Assembly: GCA_963711565.1 (NCBI GenBank)
Contig: CAVQEQ010000003.1
Location: forward strand, 1 to 64,000
DNA: 64,000 bases
Reading direction: 5' to 3'
Source: an uncultured delta proteobacterium
GTDB lineage: Bacteria; Desulfobacterota; Binatia; Binatales; Binataceae
The notes below the pieces were generated by a model. The model saw only the letters and a list, made by a program, of their open reading frames with translations, was not told the origin of the DNA and did no database searches. This document shows, piece after piece, positions 48,950 to 59,125 of this stretch; within the stretch, counting starts at the first letter, position 1, and every line of letters begins with the position of its first letter. A program made the translations under genes and the position numbers.

Positions 48950-49725
48950 AGGAGTCAGCGGAATCGGCGGCAGAAGCTCCCGCGCGCGCAGCGCGCCGAC
49001 GCTTCTGCCGCCGGCTGTTTGCGACGCTCGCGATGCTGGCGATGCCGGCAGTCGTCCTGCACGCGCGCGTCGCGCGCGCGCAGGACGACTGGCAAGTCAT
49101 CGAGCGGCATACGACGTCGCAGGCGCCGGGCGACGCCGGCGCCGGCGCGCCCGCCGTCAAGGCGGGCGCCGGCACGGTCGTGGCCTGCGGCGAAGAGGCC
49201 AAGCCCGCCGACGAACCCTATAAGAGCATGGTCGCCCAGCTCAACGATATGTGGGGAACGAACTTCCAGGTTTACGAATCGCTCAAATCGGGCTCGCCCC
49301 ACGCCCGCAACGGTGGCTGCCTTTTCTACAACCAGCAGTTCCTGAACAGCCTCCTTCAACAGTGGATGAGAATCGACGACCCGGACGCCGTGCGCCCGAT
49401 GCTCTACGCGATCTTCGCGCACGAGATCGGTCACCTCGCGCACAACGACTTTGATCCCGCCAGTCAAGACGTTCCTGTGAGAAACAAGGAGCTGGCGGCG
49501 GATCAGTTTGCCGGCTACTCGCTCGAGCGGATGGGGATTCGTCGCCTGGATCCGGTCGAAGTTACGCGCTACTACCAGCTCACGGGCGATGACTTCGTTG
49601 GTCAGGCGTCCGGACATGGCAGCGGCGACGAGCGCTCGACGGCGTTCGAGGACGGATGGCATCGCGCGGAAGTCGGACTGCCGGAACAAGGGACGCAGCA
49701 AGCCGGCGGACTCGGCGAGCCTTAA
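48946..49725 (+). CDS. Exported zinc metallopeptidase-like protein
   Basis: FAHEIGH...ELAADQFAG (HExxH plus ExxAD), SGHG near the C-terminus; Arg-rich signal peptide ending ARA; start uncertain. Confidence 0.7.
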   Translation: MKESAESAAEAPARAARRRFCRRLFATLAMLAMPAVVLHARVARAQDDWQVIERHTTSQAPGDAGAGAPAVKAGAGTVVACGEEAKPADEPYKSMVAQLNDMWGTNFQVYESLKSGSPHARNGGCLFYNQQFLNSLLQQWMRIDDPDAVRPMLYAIFAHEIGHLAHNDFDPASQDVPVRNKELAADQFAGYSLERMGIRRLDPVEVTRYYQLTGDDFVGQASGHGSGDERSTAFEDGWHRAEVGLPEQGTQQAGGLGEP

Positions 49726-49749
49726 ATTTCCTGGTCGTAATCGTTTAGC

Positions 49750-50745
49750 ATGAGCGCCTCGACAATTTCGAATTCATCACAGACTGCGACCGCCGCGATT
49801 CGCGTTGAAGCCGACGCGATCGAAGCGCGCGTCCTTGGCTTTCGCTACGGGGATCGCCAGGCACTGAGCGACGTAAGTTTTTCGATCGCTCGCGGCGAAA
49901 TCTTTGGCTTCCTTGGACCCAACGGCGGCGGCAAAACCACTCTGTTCAAGCTGCTTTCGACGCTGGCGCCGATCCAATCGGGAAGCGCGCGACTTTTCGG
50001 CCACGACCTGGCGGGCGAAACCAGCGCGGTGCGGCGGCGCCTCGGCGTCGTGTTTCAGCATCCGAGTCTCGACGGTAAGCTGACCGTCGGCGAAAATCTC
50101 GCGGCTCACGGTCATCTATATGGAATCGCCGGCAAGCGGTTGCGCGAGCGAAGTGCGGCGATGCTCGAGCGGCTCGGGTTGTCGGCGCGCGAGCGCGACC
50201 GGGTCGAGACGTTGTCGGGCGGACTCCAGCGCCGGGTCGAACTCGCCAAGGCGCTCCTCCACGAGCCGGCACTGCTGCTGCTCGACGAGCCCAGCACGGG
50301 GCTTGATCCGGCGGCGCGCCGCGAATTTTGGAACTATCTCGAGCACCTGCGCGAGAAAGAGGGCGTGACCGTTGTGCTGACGACGCATTACATGGAAGAG
50401 GCCGAGCGATGCGATCGCATTGGGATCATGCATCAAGGCAAGCTGGTCGCCATTGCGCCGCCCGGCGAGCTCAAGTCCGAAGTCGGCGGTGACGTGATCG
50501 TGATCCGGACGGAAGAGCCTGAAATTTTGCAGCGAAAAATACTGGCGCGCTTCAAGCTCAAGAGCCAACTCGTGGACGGCGCGATACGGATCGAGAAATT
50601 GCGCGCGCATGAACTGGTTCGCGACCTGATCGACGCATTCGGCGAGGAGATCGAATCGGTTTCCTTCGGTAAGCCGACGCTCGAGGACGTCTTCGTGCAT
50701 CTCACCGGTCATCAGTTTTTCGCGAACACGCCGGAGACGGAGTAG
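49750..50745 (+). CDS. ABC-2 type exporter ATP-binding protein (DrrA-like)
   Basis: GPNGGGKT, LSGGLQRR, LDEPSTGLD, TTHYMEEA, PTLEDVF. Confidence 0.92.
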   Translation: MSASTISNSSQTATAAIRVEADAIEARVLGFRYGDRQALSDVSFSIARGEIFGFLGPNGGGKTTLFKLLSTLAPIQSGSARLFGHDLAGETSAVRRRLGVVFQHPSLDGKLTVGENLAAHGHLYGIAGKRLRERSAAMLERLGLSARERDRVETLSGGLQRRVELAKALLHEPALLLLDEPSTGLDPAARREFWNYLEHLREKEGVTVVLTTHYMEEAERCDRIGIMHQGKLVAIAPPGELKSEVGGDVIVIRTEEPEILQRKILARFKLKSQLVDGAIRIEKLRAHELVRDLIDAFGEEIESVSFGKPTLEDVFVHLTGHQFFANTPETE

Positions 50746-50751
50746 GCGGCG

Positions 50752-51536
50752 ATGGGCGAGATTTTCGTTCAGGCCGAGACGCTCTGGTATCGCGAGGTCG
50801 TGCGGTTCATCCGCCAACCGATCCGCGTGATGAGCGCAATAGCGACGCCGCTGGTTTTCTGGCTGCTGCTCGGCGCGGCCTGCAAGCGTCGTTCAAGCCG
50901 AGCGGGATGCCGGCCGGAATCGACTACGTGCAGTACTTTTATCCCGGCGTGATCGTGCTGATGCTGCTGTTCACGGCGATTTTCGCGACCGCCTCGACCG
51001 TTGACGATCGCCGCCAGGGTTTTCTGCAAGGCGTGCTGGTCGCCCCAATCTCACGCGCGACGATCGTGCTGGGCCAGGCGCTCGGATGCACCACGCTCTC
51101 CCTGATGCAGGGCGCCATCTTCCTCGCGATGGCGCCGTTGGCGGGAATCCACCTCAGCCTCGAAGCGATCGTGGTGTCGCTTGCGATGATGGGGTTGATC
51201 GCGTTCGCGATGACGAGCATCGGATTGGCGATGGCGTGGAAGACGGAATCGACGCAGGGTTTCCACGCGTTCATGAACATGCTGTTGCTACCCATCTGGA
51301 TGCTGTCGGGCGCGGTCTTTCCAGTAGCGGGCGCGCCGGGATGGTTTCAATGGACGACGCGGCTGAATCCGCTGACCTACGCGGTGGACGCGCTGCGGCG
51401 CGGGCTCTATCTCGCGGAGCCGGCATCGAGCGGCGCAACGACGCCGATGGGATCGTCCGTATTGATCGCGATCGCATTTGCCGCGTTCGCGTTCATCCTC
51501 GCAACCCGCGTCGCCCGCACCGCCTCGACGATTTGA
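50752..51536 (+). pseudogene. ABC-2 type permease with a single-base frameshift (pseudogene or sequencing error)
   Basis: LWYREVVRFIRQP..FWLLLGA. Adding one G at GCGGCC (~50877) gives GLQASFKPSGMPAGIDY, in frame with the downstream NPLTYAVDALR half. Confidence 0.8.
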
Positions 51537-51577
51537 TATCTGGAACAGCACTCACCTAAAACTCGCGATTTGCGCAC

Positions 51578-51597
51578 TGTTGGCAGTTATGCCAACA
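51578..51597. promoter_or_regulatory. Palindromic operator upstream of the toxin-antitoxin pair
   Basis: TGTTGGCA-GTTA-TGCCAACA. Confidence 0.75.
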
Positions 51598-51623
51598 TGA
51601 TAGAAAGGTAACAGGCAGGAAAG

Positions 51624-51965
51624 ATGATATCGACGCGGCCGGTATCCTGGCTCACGCCTGCGCGCAGGACTTTCGACGGATTTCCGGAAGATGCACGCGA
51701 AACGATTCTCGACGCGTTGACCATTGCCGCGGAAGGCAGCAAAGCGGTGATCGCCAAACCGATGAAAGGGCTTGGATCGGGTGTTTTTGAGATCGCGCTG
51801 CCGTACCGAGGAAATGCCTTTCGAGTGGTGTACGCGGTACAGCTTGGCGATGACCTGTGGGTGGTGCATGCGTTTCAAAAGAAATCGACGCAGGGCATCA
51901 AGACACCGAAGCACGAGATCGATCTGATTCAGAACCGAATCAAGCGGCTGAAGGAGATACTGTGA
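51624..51965 (+). CDS. RelE/ParE-superfamily (Gp49-like) type II toxin
   Basis: KPMKGLGSGVFEI..AFRVVY..VVHAFQKKSTQGIKTP. Confidence 0.9.
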   Translation: MISTRPVSWLTPARRTFDGFPEDARETILDALTIAAEGSKAVIAKPMKGLGSGVFEIALPYRGNAFRVVYAVQLGDDLWVVHAFQKKSTQGIKTPKHEIDLIQNRIKRLKEIL

Positions 51966-52288
51966 TGAAAAAGCACGAGCCTGAAATTATCCGCGGGAGC
52001 GGAAATATCTATCGCGATTTCAATCTCCCAGACGCCGACGTTCGTCAGTTAAAGGCGATCCTGGCGGCTGCGATCATTAAAACGCTCGACCGAAGAAGCC
52101 TTAGCGTTCGCAGCGCGCAGCGCCTTACGGGGATCGATGCGGGAGACTTCTCACGCGTGCGCAATGCGGATTTTCGGCGCATCAGCGTCGAACGCCTGAT
52201 GGCTATAATCAATCTGCTGGGATCGCGGGTTAACGTAGAGATAAAGCTGCGTCGAAAACAAACCACAGCGAAAGGCGTTGCCGCGTAA
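51965..52288 (+). CDS. XRE/HTH antitoxin (HigA-like)
   Basis: RGSGNIYRDFNLPDA..LKA.LA, HTH, RISVERL; TGATG overlap with the toxin. Confidence 0.88.
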   Translation: MKKHEPEIIRGSGNIYRDFNLPDADVRQLKAILAAAIIKTLDRRSLSVRSAQRLTGIDAGDFSRVRNADFRRISVERLMAIINLLGSRVNVEIKLRRKQTTAKGVAA

Positions 52289-52296
52289 TCGACGAC

Positions 52297-53064
52297 TTAC
52301 CGCGGCGGCATCCGCAGCGCGCCGTCGAGGCGGATCGTCTCGCCGTTCAGCATTTCGTTCTCGACGATTTGGCGCGCGAGCGCTGCGTACTCGGACGGCT
52401 TGCCCAGGCGCTGCGGAAACGGGATCTGCGCGGCCAGCGCTTTGCGATTCGGCTCGGGCAGACCGGCGAGCATCGGCGTCTCGAAAGTTCCCGGCGCGAT
52501 CGTGCAGATGCGGATGCCGAGCGACGCGAGGTCGCGCGCGATTGGCAGCGTCATCGAAACCACCCCGCCCTTCGACGCCGAGTACGCAACCTGCCCGATC
52601 TGTCCATCGAACGCGGCGACTGACGCGGTATTGATGATGACGCCGCGCTCGCCGTCGGGACCCGGCTGATTCTTTGCCATTTGCGCCGCCGCCAGCCGCG
52701 TGACATTGAAAGTCCCGATGAGATTCACTGCGATTACTTTGCTGAACAGGTCGAGCGAGTGCGGGCCGTCCTTGGTCACCGTGCGCATCGCGCGGCCGAT
52801 GCCGGCGCAGTTTACGGCGATCTGAATCGAGGAGAACTTCGCGACCGTTTTAGCAATCGCGTCCGTAACTTGCTCAGCGGAAGCGACATCGGCCTCGACA
52901 AAAAGCGCATTGGCGCCGAGCGACTCGGCGACTTTGGCGCTTGGCGATGACGGCAAATCGAGAATCGCAACCTTGGCGCCGGCCGCCGCGAATTCGCGCA
53001 CGGTAGCCTCGCCGAGTCCGGAGCCGCCACCAGTCACAAGCGCGACCGCATTTTTGAGATTCAT
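52297..53064 (-). CDS. SDR 3-hydroxyacyl-CoA dehydrogenase type II (HSD10-like)
   Basis: [45 protein letters not shown]. Confidence 0.92.
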   Translation of the reverse strand: MNLKNAVALVTGGGSGLGEATVREFAAAGAKVAILDLPSSPSAKVAESLGANALFVEADVASAEQVTDAIAKTVAKFSSIQIAVNCAGIGRAMRTVTKDGPHSLDLFSKVIAVNLIGTFNVTRLAAAQMAKNQPGPDGERGVIINTASVAAFDGQIGQVAYSASKGGVVSMTLPIARDLASLGIRICTIAPGTFETPMLAGLPEPNRKALAAQIPFPQRLGKPSEYAALARQIVENEMLNGETIRLDGALRMPPR

Positions 53065-53140
53065 ATCGACCTCGCGGGAGTAAGTGCTGCAAACGCGAAG
53101 AGGTTAGAACCGTAGTCGGCGCGATGCAACCGGAGAAGGA

Positions 53141-53173
53141 ACCTAACCTTGGCCCCTTCCCTCGAGCGAAGGG
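53141..53173. repeat. Degenerate copy of the REP-like element at 18341
   Basis: ACCTAACC..CCCCTTCCC-TCGA-GCGAAGGG. Confidence 0.55.
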
Positions 53174-53192
53174 AAACAATTATTCGGATTGA

Positions 53193-55244
53193 TCAGGGGG
53201 ACAGTGCCGGTTGGATCGAATGCGGTGCTTCTAGCATTCGCCGGGCGATGGCGATGGCGTCGCTCGAGCCGGCCAATTCGAGGATGTCGCCGGGACGCAG
53301 CACTTCCTCGCCGGTGGGCACTACCACTTCAGAATCGCCGCGGCCGATCGCGACTATCACCGCGCCGCTGCTGGCGTGCAAGCCCAGCTCTGCGAGGCTT
53401 TTGCCCACGCCTTCGCTGTCGGCGGCCAGCGGGACCGGCGTGATCATCCCAATGCCGGGGACCTCGTAAGATCGCGCGCCGTCGGCGCCGGCATGACCAC
53501 CCTGCAGCGCGAGACGAATAAGCTGGGTGGCATTGCGAATCTGTCCTTGTATCTGGCGCGCGCTGCGGGTCACGACGACGATCAACAACACACTCGTGAT
53601 CACGATGATGCCGATGCCTTCCAGCGGCTCCATAAACGGCTGAACGATCGCAAGCAACGGCACCGCCGTGACCAGCAGAATCGTGATCTGCAGCAATTCG
53701 ATCAACGCATTCATCGCCGGCGCCCCGCTCGCGGGAAGTTCAGCGAAGGCGCGCGCGGCGAGCGCGGCCGCCAGCCGCCGCGACGCGAAGTACATCGCGG
53801 CCGCAGGCACGGCACATACCAGGAGCGCGAACGCGTCCATGTACAGGCCGGCGTTGAAATAGTTGAGATGCTCGATACTCGCGACGGTCGTAGTCAGGTC
53901 GAACGGATCGAATTCGTTGACGATGAGAATCGCGCCAATCAGGATTGCGCTGGAGACGATTGCTGCCGTCGGCCAGGCGATCGAATTGGCGTCGCGCGCG
54001 GGCTCTTCTGCGTTGCGAATTCGCTCGAGCCAGGAGTCGTAGAGCGCTTCGAGCACTTTCAGCCGCTGCGGCATCCGCGCGGACACGAACTCGGCGACCG
54101 GAATCGAGCCGCGGATCATGTACGGCGTCAGGAACGTGGTAATCGCGGAGACTGCGACGGCGAGCGTGTAGAGAAAATCGCGGGTTGCGCCAATCTTCAA
54201 GCCGGCGCCGGCGATGATGAACGAGAATTCGCCGATTTGCGACAGGCTCATGCCGGCCTCAATCGAGATTTTGGTGCCGGCTCCGCTCAAGATCGAAGCC
54301 AACGTCACGCCGAAAATTTTCCCGCCGATCACCGCCAGCGTCAGTACAATCAGCGCCTGCCAGTGCTGCTGGATAAGCATGGGATCGATCATCATGCCGA
54401 CCGACACGAAGAACACCGCGCCGAATATATCTCGCAGCGGCGCCACCAGATGCTCGATCTGGGCGGCCTCGCCGGATTCCGCAACCAGGGACCCCGCCAG
54501 GAAGGCGCCAAGCGCGACTGAGTAGCCCGCACGCTCGGCGACAATCGAGAAGGCGAAGCACAGACCAACGACCGCGACCAGCGTCGTCTCGGGCCGGCCC
54601 ATCCGCACTACGAATCGCACCAACGGCGGCACGACGAGGAAGCCGATGCCGACGAATGCAACCAGGAAAAGGATCAGGCGCGCGATCGTCACCGTCATCA
54701 GCGACGCCGACACACTCGCGCCCGAGGCCAGTGTGGTCAGGATCGCGAGCTCGACGACCGCGGTTAGATCTTCAGCGAGTAGTACTCCGAACACCAGTTC
54801 GCGCAGGCGGTCGGAGACGGGTGTTTCCTGGTAGGCCTTGGCGACGATGGTCGTGCTCGAAATTGAAAGGATCGCGCCGGTGAAGATGCTCTCGAGCGGC
54901 GTCCATCCGAGCGCACGTCCGCATACGTAACCGATCCAGACCATGATGCCGACCTGGAGCGCGGTGATGAAGCCCGAGGTCGGGCCGAGGCGAATCAGCT
55001 TGCGCACGCTGAACTCGAGGCCCAGGGCGAACATCAAGAGGATCACGCCAAGCTCGGAGAGCGTGTGGATGCGCTCGGGGTCGGCGAGCAGCGGCGGAAT
55101 GTAAGGACCGACGATCAAGCCCGCGATCAGGTAGCCGACAACGACTGGCTGGCGGATCTTCTGAAACAATATCGTGGTGATGGCGGCGACGCATAGCACC
55201 ATCGCGAGATCTTCGAGAAATGTTTGTGAAGCGATTACGTGCAC
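53193..55244 (-). CDS. CPA2 cation:proton antiporter with C-terminal TrkA-C (RCK) domain
   Basis: LGVILLMFALGLEFS, ISSTTIV, LGAFLAG, SQIGEFSFII; GKSLAELGL..PGDIL tail. Confidence 0.9.
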   Translation of the reverse strand: MHVIASQTFLEDLAMVLCVAAITTILFQKIRQPVVVGYLIAGLIVGPYIPPLLADPERIHTLSELGVILLMFALGLEFSVRKLIRLGPTSGFITALQVGIMVWIGYVCGRALGWTPLESIFTGAILSISSTTIVAKAYQETPVSDRLRELVFGVLLAEDLTAVVELAILTTLASGASVSASLMTVTIARLILFLVAFVGIGFLVVPPLVRFVVRMGRPETTLVAVVGLCFAFSIVAERAGYSVALGAFLAGSLVAESGEAAQIEHLVAPLRDIFGAVFFVSVGMMIDPMLIQQHWQALIVLTLAVIGGKIFGVTLASILSGAGTKISIEAGMSLSQIGEFSFIIAGAGLKIGATRDFLYTLAVAVSAITTFLTPYMIRGSIPVAEFVSARMPQRLKVLEALYDSWLERIRNAEEPARDANSIAWPTAAIVSSAILIGAILIVNEFDPFDLTTTVASIEHLNYFNAGLYMDAFALLVCAVPAAAMYFASRRLAAALAARAFAELPASGAPAMNALIELLQITILLVTAVPLLAIVQPFMEPLEGIGIIVITSVLLIVVVTRSARQIQGQIRNATQLIRLALQGGHAGADGARSYEVPGIGMITPVPLAADSEGVGKSLAELGLHASSGAVIVAIGRGDSEVVVPTGEEVLRPGDILELAGSSDAIAIARRMLEAPHSIQPALSP

Positions 55245-55298
55245 AGCGGCGACGGTGCATTCTAACTTGTCGCGGTGCGCGAGTGCGAGGGTGTACCC

Positions 55299-56462
55299 TC
55301 AACGAGCGTCAGTGACGCGGGGCAGTACCTTGGTCCAGAACAGCTCGATCGTTTTCATCAGGCGGTCGTGCGGCATCAGGCCGTTGTACATCCACGCGAA
55401 GATCCACCTGATCGGCAGACGCTTCAGCAGGTGCTCAACCTGACGGGTGACAGTGTCAACCGTGCCGACGAACGCGAGGCCGTTGCTCCATAGATCGGCG
55501 GGCTCACCGGTTTTGGGATCGTCGAGACCTTTGGAAAATCCGAACGGCTCGAACCATTCGTGGCCGCAGAAATAACCGCTCTCCCGCCAGATTGCGCGCG
55601 CTTCGTCGTCGCTGTCGGCGATCACGATGTCGCGCAGCACGCCCATCCCCTCGCCGAGGGGCTTGCGCGAGACCTCCGCATACACTTCACAGAGCTGATG
55701 CTCGAGCGAGGGATGCAACGGCGGCAAAATCGCGGTGACGCCCTCCTGCGCACACCATCTAATGCTGCGCTCGGACGACGCGAACGGCTGGAAGATCGGC
55801 GGGTGCGGCTTCTGCACGGGCTTGGGCACGACCGAGACCGCGCGCACGATTCCGTTTTCGATGCCGCCGCCCCATTTGGCGGTCGCATCGAGCGTCCACG
55901 GCGTTTTGCCGGGCGGGATGCGCCAGTACTTGCCCTCGTACGAAATAAAATCCTGGGTCCATGCCTGCTTGATGATGCGAAAATTTTCCTCGAACGCCGC
56001 GCGATTCGCGTTGTCGATCTCGTCGTGCTGATGCGGCAGCGCACCATGAATTCCGTGCGTCTGCTGAGCCATGATATCGACCCATCGCCGCTGATAGCCG
56101 CGCGCGAAGCCGGCGTTGGCGCGCCCGCCGCTCATGTGATCGAGCATCGCAATGTCCTCGGCGACGCGCAGAGGATTTTGCGACGGCAACACGATGCCGA
56201 GCTGGCCGACGCGCAGCTGCTTGGTCTGCATCGCGACGTACAAGTCGAGCAGCACGGGGTTGTTCGACAGCTCGAAGCCTTCGACGTGAAAATGATGCTC
56301 GGTGAAACTGATCGAGTCGTAGCCGAGGTCGTCGGCGAGCCGGGCCTGTCCCGTGATGTCGTGCAGCATCTGATCGTAAAGATGACCTTGCAAGCCGACG
56401 CGGCCCTTTTCGATGTCGGCTTTGCTGCCGACCGACGGTAGATAGAAGAGCGAGACCTTCAT
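55299..56462 (-). CDS. LLM-class flavin-dependent oxidoreductase
   Basis: FTEHHF, NPLRVAEDIAMLDHMSGGR, GFARGYQ, PKPVQKPHPPI. Confidence 0.88.
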   Translation of the reverse strand: MKVSLFYLPSVGSKADIEKGRVGLQGHLYDQMLHDITGQARLADDLGYDSISFTEHHFHVEGFELSNNPVLLDLYVAMQTKQLRVGQLGIVLPSQNPLRVAEDIAMLDHMSGGRANAGFARGYQRRWVDIMAQQTHGIHGALPHQHDEIDNANRAAFEENFRIIKQAWTQDFISYEGKYWRIPPGKTPWTLDATAKWGGGIENGIVRAVSVVPKPVQKPHPPIFQPFASSERSIRWCAQEGVTAILPPLHPSLEHQLCEVYAEVSRKPLGEGMGVLRDIVIADSDDEARAIWRESGYFCGHEWFEPFGFSKGLDDPKTGEPADLWSNGLAFVGTVDTVTRQVEHLLKRLPIRWIFAWMYNGLMPHDRLMKTIELFWTKVLPRVTDAR

Positions 56463-56617
56463 GGTATCCCGACTGTAGAACTCCTCGACTGAAAACGCCA
56501 AACGACAAGCACCACTCAGGTCTTTGCCGAAATCAACTGGGCGGCGCTATAGTCGGGGCGCAATCCGGCGCAAAACGATTCCGGCGATCGGCAAAAATTA
56601 TTGGAGAGGTTAAATCG

Positions 56618-57508
56618 ATGTCGCAACAACAACTCCAGCAGATAATCCAAATGCTCAAGGCGCAGCCGATTGCGGGCCATCCGACGGTCCAGGAGACCCG
56701 CGCGAATTTCGAGCAGATGGCGGCGCTATTTCCGGTCGCCGCCAACGTCAAGTGCGAGCCGGTGAACGCCGACGGCATCAAGGCGGAATGGGTCACTGCG
56801 CCAGGCGCCGACGCGGGGCGCGCGGTGCTCTACCTGCACGGTGGCGGCTACGTGATCGGATCGATCAATACGCATCGCGATCTCGCCGCACGAATCTCGC
56901 GCGCGGCAAAGGCGCGCGTGCTGTTAATCGACTACCGGCTCGCGCCCGAGCATCCGTTTCCGGCGGCGGTCGAGGATTCCGTGACCGCGTACCGCTGGAT
57001 GTTGGCGCAGGGATTTAAGGCCTCGCGCATTGCAATCGCGGGCGACTCTGCCGGCGGGGGACTCACGGTTGCGGCGCTGGTTGCGATTCGCGACGCCAAG
57101 CTCGCCAGTCCCGGCGCGGGAGTGTGCCTGTCGCCGTGGACCGATCTCGAAGGCCTGGGCGATTCGATGAAGTCCAAGGCGTCGGTCGATCCGATGGTGA
57201 ACAAGGAGGCGCTGGCCGAAATGGCGGCGCACTACCTGGCCGGGCAGAATCCGCGCAGCCCGCTCGCCGCGCCCCTGTATGCCGACCTTGCTGGACTGCC
57301 GCCGCTGCTGATCCACGTCGGCACCGCGGAGACCTTGCTCGACGACTCGACGCGTCTCGCAGAACGCGCGCGCAAGGCGGGCGTGAAGGTCACGCTCGAG
57401 CCGTGGGAGAACATGATCCACGTCTTCCAGGTGTTCGCGCCTATGCTCGACGAGGGCCAAGAGGCGATCGAAAAGATTGGGGAGTTCGTCCGCGCCAACG
57501 CCGCGTAA
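56618..57508 (+). CDS. HSL-family alpha/beta hydrolase (esterase)
   Basis: LHGGGY, DYRLAPEHPFPAA, GDSAGG, E.LLDDS, MIHVF. Confidence 0.93.
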   Translation: MSQQQLQQIIQMLKAQPIAGHPTVQETRANFEQMAALFPVAANVKCEPVNADGIKAEWVTAPGADAGRAVLYLHGGGYVIGSINTHRDLAARISRAAKARVLLIDYRLAPEHPFPAAVEDSVTAYRWMLAQGFKASRIAIAGDSAGGGLTVAALVAIRDAKLASPGAGVCLSPWTDLEGLGDSMKSKASVDPMVNKEALAEMAAHYLAGQNPRSPLAAPLYADLAGLPPLLIHVGTAETLLDDSTRLAERARKAGVKVTLEPWENMIHVFQVFAPMLDEGQEAIEKIGEFVRANAA

Positions 57509-58223
57509 GATTGGTGCGTCCATCGGCGAGCGCGTAGCCGCTCTGGACTGGGAGCGCATCGGGCGCGACCTCGACCAGCAGGGCTACGCGGCGACCGGCG
57601 GAGTTTTGCGCGCGGCCGAGTGCAGCGAACTGATCGCGCTGTACCCCGATCGCGAGCGTTTTCGCAGCCGCGTCGTGATGGAACGGCATCGCTATGGCGT
57701 CGGTGAGTACAAGTATTTTGCGCGACCGATGCCGCCGCTGGTCGAGGAGCTGCGCGTCACGTTGTATCGCAAGCTGGCGGCGACGGCGAATCGATGGGCC
57801 GAGCGGATGCGCTCGCGCGATTCGTATCCGGCTACGCTCGCGGAATTCCTGAAAGTTTGCGCCGCTCACGGACAGACCAGGCCGACGCCGCTGATCCTTC
57901 GCTACGAGGCCGGCGGCTACAACTGCCTGCATCAGGATTTGTACGGCGAGGTCGCGTTTCCGCTGCAGTTCACGTGCGCACTCAGCCGGCGCGGGCGCGA
58001 CTTCGAAGGCGGAGAGCTATTGCTCGTCGAGCAGCGGCCACGCGCACAATCGCGCGGCGAAGCGATCGGGCTCGATCTCGGCGAAGGAATTATCTTCGCG
58101 AATCGTTACCGCCCCGCGCCGGGCACGAGGGGATACCATCGCGTGAACATGCGTCACGGCGTCAGCACTATAAAATCAGGCGTGCGCTACGCGATGGGCG
58201 TCATCTTCCACGACGCTGCGTGA
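57477..58223 (+). CDS. 2OG-Fe(II) oxygenase (DUF2086-like)
   Basis: FRSRVVMERHRYGVGEYKYF, NCLHQDLYGE (HxD), EQRPRAQSR, RHGVS, IFHDAA; start uncertain. Confidence 0.85.
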   Translation: MGSSSAPTPRKIGASIGERVAALDWERIGRDLDQQGYAATGGVLRAAECSELIALYPDRERFRSRVVMERHRYGVGEYKYFARPMPPLVEELRVTLYRKLAATANRWAERMRSRDSYPATLAEFLKVCAAHGQTRPTPLILRYEAGGYNCLHQDLYGEVAFPLQFTCALSRRGRDFEGGELLLVEQRPRAQSRGEAIGLDLGEGIIFANRYRPAPGTRGYHRVNMRHGVSTIKSGVRYAMGVIFHDAA

Positions 58224-58238
58224 ACCCAGTGAACCAGC

Positions 58239-58493
58239 CTACGGATTGTGGTCGTCGGCCGCACACTTGCCGTCGCTGCATTCGCAACTCGCGCCTTCGT
58301 TGTCGGTACGGTACTGGCCGCAGAAGTCGGCGCAGGCCGTCAGGTTGTCGTCCGTACCGTAGAAGCCTTTGCACCCTGCCGCGGCGGTGGGCGTCTTGGG
58401 ATTGCTGAAGTCGGCGTGACGATCGATGTCAGCCGCATATGCCAACCCCACTACCGCGATCGCAAACAGACCCGACATGATCATCTTTCGCAT
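58239..58493 (-). CDS. Small exported six-Cys peptide
   Basis: Signal peptide MRKMIMSGLFAIAVVGLAYA; mature part C-x12-C-x3-C-x11-C-x-C-x4-C. Confidence 0.75.
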   Translation of the reverse strand: MRKMIMSGLFAIAVVGLAYAADIDRHADFSNPKTPTAAAGCKGFYGTDDNLTACADFCGQYRTDNEGASCECSDGKCAADDHNP

Positions 58494-58710
58494 CGAATCG
58501 TCCCCTAAGCACGAAGCCCCCAAGCCGCGTGCGAGAATCATTTGACGGTATCAACACCCTCCCCTATTCACAAACCAAGTCTCCGAAGCGGCGGGCGGTT
58601 CGAGATGTATCGAAGCACCTTTCACACAATGTTGTCCCCAAAATAACAGACTGCTAGGTTGCGATGAGAACGTAAACGCGCCTGTCTTCAGGCAAAGGGG
58701 AGTCTTTCAA

Positions 58711-59115
58711 ATGCAGCGAAGCTTGCTGGTTGTCTTTCTTTTCGTCTCGATGACCCTTGCGGCGTGCGCGTCGCAGAGCACCTCGAGCAGCGGCGGCGGT
58801 TCGTCGGACGCGGTTGTGATGAACGGATGCAGAGTCGATCCGGCGCGAATCTGTAACACCATTCGCGGTCAGAACGTCGTCATGAGCAACACCGGCTTAA
58901 CGGCCGACTCGCGGATGGTCGAGCAGGATTCGGCGCGCACGGCGAACATCCAGGTCCCAATCAAAAAACCCAACGGCGATGAACTCTTCGAAGTTGAATG
59001 CAGCATGAACACGTTGAATCAATCGGTTAGCTGGGCGCATATCAGACCCGGGCCGACAATCACCGACAACGACGCAACGTATCTGCGCGGGGCGGGCTAC
59101 TGCTCCGAGCCCTGA
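58711..59115 (+). CDS. Hypothetical lipoprotein
   Basis: GGGGAG RBS, lipobox LAAC, Ser/Gly tether, four further Cys. Confidence 0.75.
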   Translation: MQRSLLVVFLFVSMTLAACASQSTSSSGGGSSDAVVMNGCRVDPARICNTIRGQNVVMSNTGLTADSRMVEQDSARTANIQVPIKKPNGDELFEVECSMNTLNQSVSWAHIRPGPTITDNDATYLRGAGYCSEP

Positions 59116-59125
59116 GCAATTCTTC

